A DNA stretch of 64,000 bases from positions 828 through 64,827 of the forward strand of contig CAIMWE010000119.1 in NCBI GenBank assembly GCA_903845115.1. Reading direction: 5' to 3'. The translations under genes and the position numbers were made by a program. Below, piece after piece: positions 54,291 through 63,279 of the stretch. Position 1 is the stretch's first letter. Each line of letters starts with the position of its first letter. The stretch is from an uncultured Acidobacteriota bacterium (lineage in GTDB: Bacteria; Acidobacteriota; Thermoanaerobaculia; UBA5066). The notes beneath the pieces were generated by a model. It was not told where the DNA came from and did not search any database. It saw nothing but the letters and a program-made list of their open reading frames with translations.

Positions 54291-57200
54291 TCTCGGGGGG
54301 GAGCTCCGGTGTAGCTCCGTCCTCCCGCGGCGCGACGGGGCGGGGCGCCGCCGCGCCGCCCCGGGACGCCAGGAAGGAGGCTAGCGATTCGAGGGTCGGG
54401 TGCCGGAAGAGGTCCGACGGAGCCACTCGCCCGAAATCCTTCTCGAGCGCCTTCACGACCTCGAGCGCCATCAGGGAGTCGACTCCGTACTCCTCCAGCG
54501 AGGTCGTCGCGTCGAGCCCGTCCCGGTCGATCTGCAGGACGCCGGCCAAGATCTGCCGGAGGCGCTCGAGGGGTTCTCCGGCGGGGACGGCTCCGCCGCG
54601 CACGGGAGCGTCCCGCCTCGCCTCCTCCGCCGGGAGCCCCAGCCGGGCCAGGGCCGCCGGCTCCGCCCGGAGGGCCACGCAGTAACCGAGCGACGGCTCC
54701 GCCGCCACGCGCGAGAGCGCCTCCATGCCGGACGCCGGGTCGATCGAGCCGATCCCCTCGGCGGCCATCGCCCGGGAGACCCGCTCGTCCGTCGCCCCGC
54801 CGACCGTGCCCCAGTAGCCCCACGCGAGGGCTGCCGAGGGGAGGATTCCGCGACGGGCCAGGGTCGCCGCGAAGGCATCCTCGAAGGTGGTGGCGGCCGC
54901 GTAGTTCGCCTGGCCGATTCCACCCGAGAGCCCGACGATCGACGAGAAGAAGATGACGAAGTCCAGGGCCGTCCCCTCGGCCCGGAGAGCGCGGGCCAGG
55001 AGGACGCTCCCCGTCACCTTCGGGGAGAGAGCCTCCCGGAAGGCGGCCTCGTCCATCGTCCTGAGCATCCCGTCGCGCAGGACCACCGCCGAGTGGATGG
55101 CCCCGTCGATCTTCCCGAACCTCTCCCGTGCCCGGCGCAGGGCCTCCTCCAGGCTCCCGGCGTCGGTCAGGTCCGCGGTCACGGAGAGCGCTTCGCCCCC
55201 CAGCCGCTCGATCTCGGCGACGAGCTCGGTGAGCGCGGAAGACGCGGGCCGCCTCCCCAGGAGCACCAGGCGCGCCCGGAACGACGTCGCCAGGTACCAG
55301 GCCACTTCCCTCCCGATGCCGCCCGCCCCCGCGATCAGGTAGGTCCCTCCCTCGCGAAAGCCGCCCGTCCCGGGGGTGCCCAGTCCCGTCCGGCCGCCGC
55401 CCCCGGCCTCGAGCCGGTGCATCGACCGGACGTACCGCCGCCCCTCCCGGAACGCGATCTCCCGGCCCGACGCGTCTCCCCTCTCGGCGTCCAGGGCGGC
55501 GGAAAGCTCACCGAGCCCTTCCGGCCCCTCTCCCGCGAGATCCACGTCGAGAGAGAGAACGCTCCAGAGAGGGAACTCCAGGCCGATGGACTTCGCGAGT
55601 CCGAGGAGGCTCGCTCCCGTCGGGCGCCCCTCGTCACGATCCAGGACGAGGTGGACCCCGTCCGTGATCACGCGCAGGTCGAGCGTCCGCTCGGCGTCGC
55701 CGCGCGCGGCGAGGAGCCGGACCATCCGGAAGAGGGCCAGGACGCCTCGCTCCTGGGCCGCCTCGATCGCGGCGGCGTCGTCGAGCGGCACGGGCCCGTC
55801 ACCGATTCCCCCGAGGAAGTAGACCCGCGAGACCCCCTCCGCGGGGCAGGCCTCCCCGGCATCCGTCGAGAGGATCTCGGCGCCCGGGTGCAGGCCGGCG
55901 AGGGCCTTCGCCAGGGAGTTCCCCCCGGCACCCGCCAGGATCGAGACGCGCTCCGGGCGATCGGGGGACGGGACGGACGCGGCACCGGCCTCCGGAAGCC
56001 ACAGGGGAACGTACAGGGGAAGGCCGGTCCTCTCGACGGGGAGCTCGCGGAATCGGACCCCGCGGAGGCGGAACACCGCGAGCCCGTCCTCGCCGGCGAC
56101 GTCGACGTCGACCCCGCCGTCCGCGTTCCGGTGCGCGCGGACGCGCAGGCGCTCCCCCGCGTTCCCTGGCAGGGAGCGGAAGACGCTCACCTCCGCCACG
56201 GAGAACGGCAGCATCGGGCGCCGCTCGGCCTCGAAGGCGAGGAGCACGGCGACCTGCATGGCTCCGTCGGCCAGGCCCGGCGAAAGGACGAACCGCGGGT
56301 CCCTCGCCGACGCAGGAAGGGAGAGCCAGCCCGAGGCCGCCCCGTCCCCGAGGGAGAGCGTCTCGAGGCTCCGGTAGGTGGGGCCGTGGGTCACGCCCAT
56401 CTCCCGGAAGCGGCGGTAGATCTCGGCGGACTCGAGGAGCGGCGGGGGCGTCCCCTCCCGCGGCCCCGCGCGCGGCTCCAGGCGCGGCTGCTCGGCCTCA
56501 GGCAGAAGGTCCGCCCCGCCCGTTCCGAAACGAACCTCGCCGACGACGTGCGTCACACGTCCGGAGGGGCTCACGCTCTCGATCCGGAAATCGGGCGCCT
56601 CGGCCTCCCCGGTGAGGACGACCTCCAGGTCCACCGGTTCCCCGGCCAGCGCCACCGGCTCGACGAACACGACATCGACGAGGCGCGGGTTCTCCCCCGG
56701 CCGCGCGCGGCGCGCCGCCGCGAGGGCCATCTCCAGCGAGGCCGCGCCCGGGAGGACGGGCCGCCCCCCCACGAGGTGCTCGGCCACGACCGGCTCGCGG
56801 GGGTCCAGCCTCTTGCGGGAGCCGTCTCCCGCGGAACCGTCGAGCAGCGGGTGGCCGGATCCGCCCGGGAGGGCCGGCTCGGCCACCGGGGAGCGCCGCA
56901 CAGAGCCGCCGACCCAGTGCCGCTCCCGCGCGAAGGGGTAGGTCGGAAGCGGGACCCGCCTCCTTCCCGCGGTGTGGAGCCGCCTCCAGTCGACGGCGGC
57001 ACCGGCAACCCAGAGCGACGCCAGTTTCGAGAGCTTGCGATTCGCGACGAGGTACTCGACGTACTCCGGGTCGGCTGCGCCCGCGGCTCGCTCTTCGCCG
57101 CGCCGCACGGCCACCCGTCCCGTCTCGAGCCCCGAGGGGGCGCTCAGCCTCTCCCTCGCGTCGGCCAGGCTCCCGGCGACGAACGCCAGCCGGCAAGCCA

Positions 57201-60200
57201 TCTCCTCGCGGCCGACCTGGAGAGTGAAGGCCAGGTCCGCGAGGGGCGGAAGGCTCTCCTCCTCCCGGCCCAGGAACCCGGCGAGCCCGCGGACGGCCTC
57301 CGCGAGCCGCTCCTCGTTCCGGGCCGAGACGACGATCAGCTGGGGTTCCGGCTCCTCCCGGTCGAAGGGGGGCGGATCGGGCTCCTCGAGGAGGACGTGC
57401 GCGTTGGCGCCGCCGAAGCCGAAGGAGCTGACGCCCGCGCGCCGGGGAACCTCCCGCCCGTCCCGGCCGGTCCGCCGCGTCCAGGGACGCCGCTCGCGGA
57501 TCACGTCGAACGGGCTCCCGTCGAGGTTCAGGTACGGGTTCAGCTCGGTCGCGTGGAGGGTCGCGGGGAGGACGCGGTGCCGCATCGCGAGGACCATCTT
57601 CAGGACGCCCGCGACGCCGGAGGCCGTCTCCAGGTGCCCGATGTTGCTCTTGACCGACCCGAGCCCGCAGGTCGGAGCCGGAGCGCCGTCGGGGCCGGGT
57701 CCGAAGCGCGCGAAGGCGCTCTTCAGGCCGTTGACCTCGATCGGGTCTCCCAGCTCCGTCCCCGTCCCGTGCGCCTCGACGTATCCCAGCGTCTCGGGGT
57801 GGATGCCGGCGAGCCTCCACGCCTCCTCGAGCAGGTCCGCCTGGGCTTCGGGGTTCGGGGCCGTCAGGGAGGCGGCCCGGCCGCCGTGTCCTGCGGCCGT
57901 GGCCAGGATGACGGCCCGGACGGTGTCCCCGTCGGCGAGTGCCCTGTCGAGCGGCTTGAGGAGGAGGGCCCCCACCCCCTCGCCTCGCACGTAGCCGTCG
58001 GCCGCGCTCGAGAAAGCCTTGCACCGGCCGTCGGCGCTCATCATCCCCGCCTTGCTGAAGCCGATCGCCATGGTCGGGCTCAGGATGACGTTGACGCCCC
58101 CCGCGATCGCCAGGTCGCACCGGCCGCTCCGGAGCGCCTCGACGGCGTGGTGGATCGCCACCAGAGAGCTGGAGCAGGCGGTGTCGACGGGCTCGCTCGG
58201 ACCGCGCAGGTCGAGGAGGAACGAGATCCGGTTCGCCAGGACGGCGTGGGAGATGCCCGTCGAGATCTGGCTCTCGACATCGTCCACGCGGGCGCGGATC
58301 AGCTCGGAATAGTCGGAGGAGGCCACCCCGACCCAGAGGCCCGTCCGGCTCTTCGCGAGGTCCGAGGGGCGGTAGCCCGCATCCTCGATCGTCCTCCAGA
58401 CCGTCGTCAGGAAGAGGCGTTGCTGCGGGTCCATGAGCGCCGCCTCCTTCGGCGAGATGCCGAAGAAGAGGGCGTCGAAGCGGTCCACCTCCGGCATGAA
58501 GCCGCCCCACTTCGCGCGCGTCTTCATCGCCTCGGTCCCGGGGTCGCCCCAGACGGCCCGCCAGTCCCAGCGGTCGGGCGGGATCTCGGAGATCAGGTCG
58601 GTCCCCGCCTCGAGGTGCCTCCAGAACTCGTCGAGGTCGCGCGACCCCGGCAGGACGCCGCTCGCCCCGATGATCGCGATCGGCGCGGCCCCCCGCCCAC
58701 GTCCGGCCGGGAGCGGGCGCCTCCGGGGCGCCCGGAGCGACGCTCGGGAGCCGCCGGCTTCCCCCTCGCGAGGCCGGGCCGACACGAGGTGCCCCGCCAG
58801 GCGCGAGATCGAGAAGTGCTCGAAGAGGTCGGCCGGAGTGATCGCCCCTCCCTCCGACGCGTTCACCTCCCTCGAGAAGGCGACGAGGCTCGTCGAGTCG
58901 AAGCCGTAGGCCGTGAAGTCCCGGCGGACCGGGACCTCCGACGGGTCCATCTTCAGCATCCGCGCCGCGACCGCGCGGAGCCGCTCCTCGACCCGCTGCC
59001 GCTCGGCCTGGTCGGCCAGCGGGCCCGCCTCGCCAGGCAGGGGAGGAGCCGGATCCTCCGCAGCCGGGAGAGAGCCAGCGGCTGCCGGCCGCGTCGACAG
59101 GCCGCGGATCGTGGCCACGCTCTCTCCGGCCTCGTCCCGGATCTCGACGTCGAACCGGGCGTTCCCTCCGGACCGTGAGGCCGCGGGGCTGGACGTGACG
59201 GACGCGACGGCGGCGGCGGGAATGCGACGGCGGATCTCCACCTCGTCGATCCAGAAAGGCAGCGAGAGACCGGACGAGCGGTCCTGCAGCCCCGCCACGG
59301 CCTGCAGGGCCCCGTCGAGGAGGGCGGGGTGGAGGACGAAGCCGTCCGCACCGGCCAGGAGCGCCGCGTGGAGACCGAGCTTCGCGCTCGCGAACCCCTC
59401 TCCGGCCGCGACGGACCTGACCGTCCGGAACCGCTCGCCCAGGGAGAGCCCCGCCTGGGCGAACGAGCGGTAGAGCGAGTCGCCGTCGACCTCGCCCCGG
59501 GACGTCCCGTCCTGCCGGGGCGCCTCGGCCGGCGGCTCGCCGGGAAGAGCCGGATCCCAGTGGAGGAGGCCGCTCGCGTGGACGCTCCCGGACGGCAGGC
59601 CGACCACCTCGAACTCCGCTCCGTCGTCCCCGGGAACGAGCCGGATCTCGACCGTGCACCCCTCCTCGCCGGGCGGAGCCGCCAGCGGAGCGAGGAAGGC
59701 GAGATCTCCGAGCCGCACCACGGGCCGGCGCGCCGCCAGCTCCCCTGCCGCACGCGCCATCTCGACGAGGGCCGCCGCCGGGAGGACCCTCCGGCCGAGG
59801 ACGACGTGCTCGCCCAGGAAGAACTCGTCACCGGTGAAGGTCGCCTCGAACGAGATCCCCTCGAACGACGACGTGTTGCGGTGGACCAGCGGGTGAAGCG
59901 CGCCGGGAGAGCCCGGTCCGCTCGTCGGCACCGTCGGGGCGGGGCGGGGAGCGTCCAGCCAGCAGCGTCGCCGGGCGAAGGGGTAGCCGGGCAGGGAGAC
60001 CCGGCGGCGAGCGCCCGTCCGGCGCAGCGCCCTCCAGTCGACCGGGACGCCCCGGACCCAGAGGCGGCCCAGCTCGGCGAGGTCGCGGCTGGCCAAGGCC
60101 CCACGGACGGACTCCGGGTCCGCAAACCCCGTCGAGTCCTCCTCGCAGGACCCACGCAGGGCACCTTCCCACCCCCCTTCCGCGAAGGACTCGAGCCTCC

Positions 60201-63200
60201 GGCACAGCTCCTCGCGGCTCCCCGTGACGAAGGCGAGCCGCTCCTCCATCTCCTCCCGTCCCGTCTGGAGCGTGAAGGCCACGTCGGCGAGGGCGGGAGG
60301 AGCCAGGAAGTGCGCCCCGGGCCGGTCGAAGCGGGCGAGGTGGGCGGCCAGCCCCGCTGCCGAGGCCCGCAGCCGCTCCTCGTCGCGCGCCGACAGGACG
60401 ATCAGCTCCTCCCGCTCCGGAGCCTCCTCCGGCGGCGGGGCCGGGCCTTCCTCCACGACGAGGTGCGCATTGGCGCCTCCGGCGCCGAAGGAGCTCACCC
60501 CCGCCCGCCGGGGCGTGCCCGGGGGGCCGTCCCAGGCGGCCAGGCTCTCCTGGAGAGTGAACGGCGTCGAGGAGAGGTCGAGCCTCGGGTTGAGGGGCCG
60601 GGCGTTCAGGGTGGGGACGAGCTCCCTGGCCTGGAGCTGGCAGAGGACCTTGGTCAGCTGCGAGATGCCGGACGCCGCCTCGAGGTGGCCCAGGTTCGAC
60701 TTCACCGATCCGATCGAGCAGGGTCCGTTCCACCCCGCCTCGCTTCCGAAGACCTTCGCGAGCGCCGCGACCTCGATCGGGTCCCCGAGAGGAGAGCCGT
60801 TGGCGGCCAGCTCGAGGCAGGAGATGGAGCGGGCCGGCACCCCGGCGCGCGCGAGCGACGTGGCGACGAGGTCGGCCTGCGCGGCCGGGCTCGGCACCCG
60901 GAAGCCCCCGGTCTTGCCTCCATGGTTGGCGGCGGTCGCCAGGATGACCCCGTAGACGAAATCCCCCTCCTCCAATGCCTCGCGCAGCGGCCGCAGGAGC
61001 ACCGCGCCGACTCCCTCCCCCGGCACCATTCCATCCCCGTCCCCGAGGCTGCGGCTCTCCGGGTGGCTGCCGAGGAGGCCCACCTCGGAGAGCGCGAGGT
61101 ACTTCCCGGGGTGGAGCGAAAGGTTGACGCCGGCGACGATGGCCGCGCCGCACTCCCCGCTCCGGAGGCTCTCGCAGGCCAGGTGGACGGCCGTGAGCGA
61201 GGACGAGCAGGCGGTGTCGACCGCGAGGCTCGGACCTTTGAGGTCGAGGACGTACGAGACGCGGTTCGCGATCGACCAGTAGGAGCCGCTCGAAAGGCAT
61301 CCCCTGAGCCCGGGGTCGCGCGCCAGCAGCGGGTACTGCCGGTACATGCAGCCCACGTAGACGCCGACGCCCCCGGCCAGGCGGGAGAGCTCGCGGCGCG
61401 TGAACCCCGCATCCTCCACGGCGTGCCAGACCGTCTCGAGGACGAGCCGCTCCTCGGGGTCCATCCGCTCGGCCTCCGCGGGAGAGATCCCGAAGAAGAG
61501 CGGGTCGAACCGGTCCACGTCGTCGAGGAAGCCCCCCCGGCGACTGCGGCTCCCCCGGAAGCTTTCGTGCGTGGCGTCCCAGCGGTCCCGGGGAACGTCC
61601 TGGATGCAGCTCCGCCCTCCCCGCAGGTTCTCCCAGAGGTCCGGGACCGTGGGGGACGCCGGATAGCGGCCCGCGAGGCCGACGACGGCCACCTCGAATC
61701 GCGAGGCGTCCCGCGAGACGCCTCCAGGCCTTCCTTCCGGGACCGGAGCAGCGGTCCGGGGGACGACGGAAGGCTCCTCCTCCGTGGCAGCGGCTGCCGC
61801 CACGCCGCTTCCGCCTCCGATCCGGCGGAGCGCTTCCGCGTGGCCTTCCGCCAGGAGGGCGCCGAGGGCCTCCACGGTCCCGTACTCGAAGAGGAGCGTC
61901 GCCGGGAGCGGTCCGAGGTCCCGCTCGAACCTCGCGACCAGTTCCTGCGCGACGAGCGAGTCGATCCCGTACCGCTCGAAGGTGGCCCGGTCGCCGATCC
62001 GGCCCGCCGGAATCCGGAGGACCTCGGAGAAGACCGACTTCACGTAGCTCCGGGCGAGCCCCGGAAGGTCCTGGCCCGGGAGGCCCACGGGACCTTCCGC
62101 CATCGAGGGAGAAGGCGGCTCCACCGGCTCCGGAGCGGCCCCGGCCGAGGATCCGGCGGGGCTCGCCGCGCCCGCGTTGAGGCCGTCGCTCTCGGCGACG
62201 ATCACGCTCTGCGAACGGAGCTCGCTCCCGGCCTCGCCCGCCGGCGAAAAGCTCCGGATGCTCCGGAAGCCCCCCTCGAGGAGGAGCGCCTCCCAGCGCG
62301 CGCGGTCGAGGAGGGGAGAGCCGGGCAGCCGCTCGGCCTCGTCCTCGAAACGCCACCAGCCGCGGGTCAGGCCGAAGATGAGGGTCGCCGACCCGTGGCT
62401 GACGGTCACCTCGTTGACGACCAGGAGCCCGTTCGCCCGGAGCGGCCTCTTGACGTGCGAGAGGGTGGCCCGGATGTCGCGCGTGGCGTGCAGGACGTTG
62501 CTCCCGAGGACGAGGTCGACGCTGTCCGGCGGGATCCCCTGCTCCTCGGCAGGGCGCTCGAGGTCCAGGAGACGGAACTCGACGAACGGGTGGGCGGCTC
62601 CGAAAGAGCTCCGGCCGTGCTCCAGGAAACCAGCGGACACGTCGGTGTAGAGGTACCGGAGCGGGCCCCCCGCGTCCGCCAGGGCCGGGAGGACGAAGGA
62701 GCTGGTGGACCCCGTCCCGGCCCCCACCTCCAGGATCGTGACCGGCCCGGCCGGGTCGAGCCTTCGCCGCTCGTCCACGTACGCCCGGACGAGGCGGGCC
62801 ACGAGCCGGCTGCAGGCGTCCGCCTGGACGTTTCCCTTGTAGATCTTCTCCACGAGCGAGATCGAGCCGCTCGGGAAGAGAACCTCCATGTGGTTCCGCC
62901 TCCCCGTGAGGACGTCCGGGTAGGCGTCCAGGCAGTGCCGTAGGCAGTGAGCGTGGGCCGCGAGGCCTGGGTGAGCCGCCACGAGCACCGCCTGCCCGCG
63001 GTCGGGATCGCCGAGCTCGGCGAGGAGCGCGAGGTCGTCGAGGACGGGAAGCGATTGCACCTTGCCGCCTCTCCGCTCGAGGAAACCCGCCTTTTCCAGG
63101 ATGGAGAGGAGGGACTCGAAGAGGCGGGAGTACTCCGGCACGATTCCGAGCCGGTCGGCGAGGATCGCCTCGGAATGGACCTCTCCCGGCTCGAGGAAGA

Positions 63201-63279
63201 CGGCCATCCTCCGGAAGGCCGCCAGGAGGAGCGTGGCGCCGAACCGCTCGAGCGGGTCGGTCTCGAGCTCACTCCCCAT
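53410..63279 (-). CDS. trans-AT PKS megasynthase B (3289 aa): cMT-ACP-KS0-DH-ACP-KS-DH-KR-ACP-TE
   Basis: Approximate map in nt follows. cMT 62900-62250 (EVGAGTG). ACP 62060-61860 (YGIDSL). KS0 61700-60450. DH 59900-59050 (HVVLGRRVLP). ACP 59000-58800 (YGFDST). KS 58690-57390 (DTACSSS near 58176, EAHGTGT). DH 56830-56030 (HLVGGRPVLP). KR 55960-54800 (GAGGIG, NYAAAT). ACP 54590-54390 (YGVDSL). TE 54290-53410. No AT domain. Confidence 0.95.
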   Translation of the reverse strand: MGSELETDPLERFGATLLLAAFRRMAVFLEPGEVHSEAILADRLGIVPEYSRLFESLLSILEKAGFLERRGGKVQSLPVLDDLALLAELGDPDRGQAVLVAAHPGLAAHAHCLRHCLDAYPDVLTGRRNHMEVLFPSGSISLVEKIYKGNVQADACSRLVARLVRAYVDERRRLDPAGPVTILEVGAGTGSTSSFVLPALADAGGPLRYLYTDVSAGFLEHGRSSFGAAHPFVEFRLLDLERPAEEQGIPPDSVDLVLGSNVLHATRDIRATLSHVKRPLRANGLLVVNEVTVSHGSATLIFGLTRGWWRFEDEAERLPGSPLLDRARWEALLLEGGFRSIRSFSPAGEAGSELRSQSVIVAESDGLNAGAASPAGSSAGAAPEPVEPPSPSMAEGPVGLPGQDLPGLARSYVKSVFSEVLRIPAGRIGDRATFERYGIDSLVAQELVARFERDLGPLPATLLFEYGTVEALGALLAEGHAEALRRIGGGSGVAAAAATEEEPSVVPRTAAPVPEGRPGGVSRDASRFEVAVVGLAGRYPASPTVPDLWENLRGGRSCIQDVPRDRWDATHESFRGSRSRRGGFLDDVDRFDPLFFGISPAEAERMDPEERLVLETVWHAVEDAGFTRRELSRLAGGVGVYVGCMYRQYPLLARDPGLRGCLSSGSYWSIANRVSYVLDLKGPSLAVDTACSSSLTAVHLACESLRSGECGAAIVAGVNLSLHPGKYLALSEVGLLGSHPESRSLGDGDGMVPGEGVGAVLLRPLREALEEGDFVYGVILATAANHGGKTGGFRVPSPAAQADLVATSLARAGVPARSISCLELAANGSPLGDPIEVAALAKVFGSEAGWNGPCSIGSVKSNLGHLEAASGISQLTKVLCQLQARELVPTLNARPLNPRLDLSSTPFTLQESLAAWDGPPGTPRRAGVSSFGAGGANAHLVVEEGPAPPPEEAPEREELIVLSARDEERLRASAAGLAAHLARFDRPGAHFLAPPALADVAFTLQTGREEMEERLAFVTGSREELCRRLESFAEGGWEGALRGSCEEDSTGFADPESVRGALASRDLAELGRLWVRGVPVDWRALRRTGARRRVSLPGYPFARRRCWLDAPRPAPTVPTSGPGSPGALHPLVHRNTSSFEGISFEATFTGDEFFLGEHVVLGRRVLPAAALVEMARAAGELAARRPVVRLGDLAFLAPLAAPPGEEGCTVEIRLVPGDDGAEFEVVGLPSGSVHASGLLHWDPALPGEPPAEAPRQDGTSRGEVDGDSLYRSFAQAGLSLGERFRTVRSVAAGEGFASAKLGLHAALLAGADGFVLHPALLDGALQAVAGLQDRSSGLSLPFWIDEVEIRRRIPAAAVASVTSSPAASRSGGNARFDVEIRDEAGESVATIRGLSTRPAAAGSLPAAEDPAPPLPGEAGPLADQAERQRVEERLRAVAARMLKMDPSEVPVRRDFTAYGFDSTSLVAFSREVNASEGGAITPADLFEHFSISRLAGHLVSARPREGEAGGSRASLRAPRRRPLPAGRGRGAAPIAIIGASGVLPGSRDLDEFWRHLEAGTDLISEIPPDRWDWRAVWGDPGTEAMKTRAKWGGFMPEVDRFDALFFGISPKEAALMDPQQRLFLTTVWRTIEDAGYRPSDLAKSRTGLWVGVASSDYSELIRARVDDVESQISTGISHAVLANRISFLLDLRGPSEPVDTACSSSLVAIHHAVEALRSGRCDLAIAGGVNVILSPTMAIGFSKAGMMSADGRCKAFSSAADGYVRGEGVGALLLKPLDRALADGDTVRAVILATAAGHGGRAASLTAPNPEAQADLLEEAWRLAGIHPETLGYVEAHGTGTELGDPIEVNGLKSAFARFGPGPDGAPAPTCGLGSVKSNIGHLETASGVAGVLKMVLAMRHRVLPATLHATELNPYLNLDGSPFDVIRERRPWTRRTGRDGREVPRRAGVSSFGFGGANAHVLLEEPDPPPFDREEPEPQLIVVSARNEERLAEAVRGLAGFLGREEESLPPLADLAFTLQVGREEMACRLAFVAGSLADARERLSAPSGLETGRVAVRRGEERAAGAADPEYVEYLVANRKLSKLASLWVAGAAVDWRRLHTAGRRRVPLPTYPFARERHWVGGSVRRSPVAEPALPGGSGHPLLDGSAGDGSRKRLDPREPVVAEHLVGGRPVLPGAASLEMALAAARRARPGENPRLVDVVFVEPVALAGEPVDLEVVLTGEAEAPDFRIESVSPSGRVTHVVGEVRFGTGGADLLPEAEQPRLEPRAGPREGTPPPLLESAEIYRRFREMGVTHGPTYRSLETLSLGDGAASGWLSLPASARDPRFVLSPGLADGAMQVAVLLAFEAERRPMLPFSVAEVSVFRSLPGNAGERLRVRAHRNADGGVDVDVAGEDGLAVFRLRGVRFRELPVERTGLPLYVPLWLPEAGAASVPSPDRPERVSILAGAGGNSLAKALAGLHPGAEILSTDAGEACPAEGVSRVYFLGGIGDGPVPLDDAAAIEAAQERGVLALFRMVRLLAARGDAERTLDLRVITDGVHLVLDRDEGRPTGASLLGLAKSIGLEFPLWSVLSLDVDLAGEGPEGLGELSAALDAERGDASGREIAFREGRRYVRSMHRLEAGGGGRTGLGTPGTGGFREGGTYLIAGAGGIGREVAWYLATSFRARLVLLGRRPASSALTELVAEIERLGGEALSVTADLTDAGSLEEALRRARERFGKIDGAIHSAVVLRDGMLRTMDEAAFREALSPKVTGSVLLARALRAEGTALDFVIFFSSIVGLSGGIGQANYAAATTFEDAFAATLARRGILPSAALAWGYWGTVGGATDERVSRAMAAEGIGSIDPASGMEALSRVAAEPSLGYCVALRAEPAALARLGLPAEEARRDAPVRGGAVPAGEPLERLRQILAGVLQIDRDGLDATTSLEEYGVDSLMALEVVKALEKDFGRVAPSDLFRHPTLESLASFLASRGGAAAPRPVAPREDGATPELPPEIVPINRSGRRRASFWVHGAPGFAGVFRSLASALGKEYPLFAFQARGVDGRALPFMRLPDMAAHYAECVRRAVPRGPYVLGGYSLGGVVAMEAARLLHEAGERVERLVLLDTYPNTPEVEAVFGGLRESGLSRVMLANLFLASENWSQARLTMADLEGVLPHLQLGALVPLIRERGRLSLSEDEVYRCLKGATDVSNFTGEAFRVHAVRPYDASDVLYFRSTRGFVLEGVDPQPASLAAFASYDTVGPWRDVIRTRLEVVEVPCDHFSLLMPPGLDLVAARLSKLLALEGRLAG
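60450..61700 (-). other. Non-elongating ketosynthase (KS0) in megasynthase B
   Basis: The active-site Cys is kept (DTACSSS, codon 61209..61207). The EAHGTGT block reads ELAANGS, with the catalytic His replaced by Ala (codon 60807..60805). The downstream KSNLGH His is kept. Confidence 0.8.

Noticed and set aside
54400-62943. Long alternative-frame and antisense ORFs inside PKS B (54400..59178 +, 56498..59659 -, 59329..62943 +, 59828..62356 -)
   Set aside because: The reasoning is the same as for megasynthase A. These are GC-driven open frames without protein-like composition.
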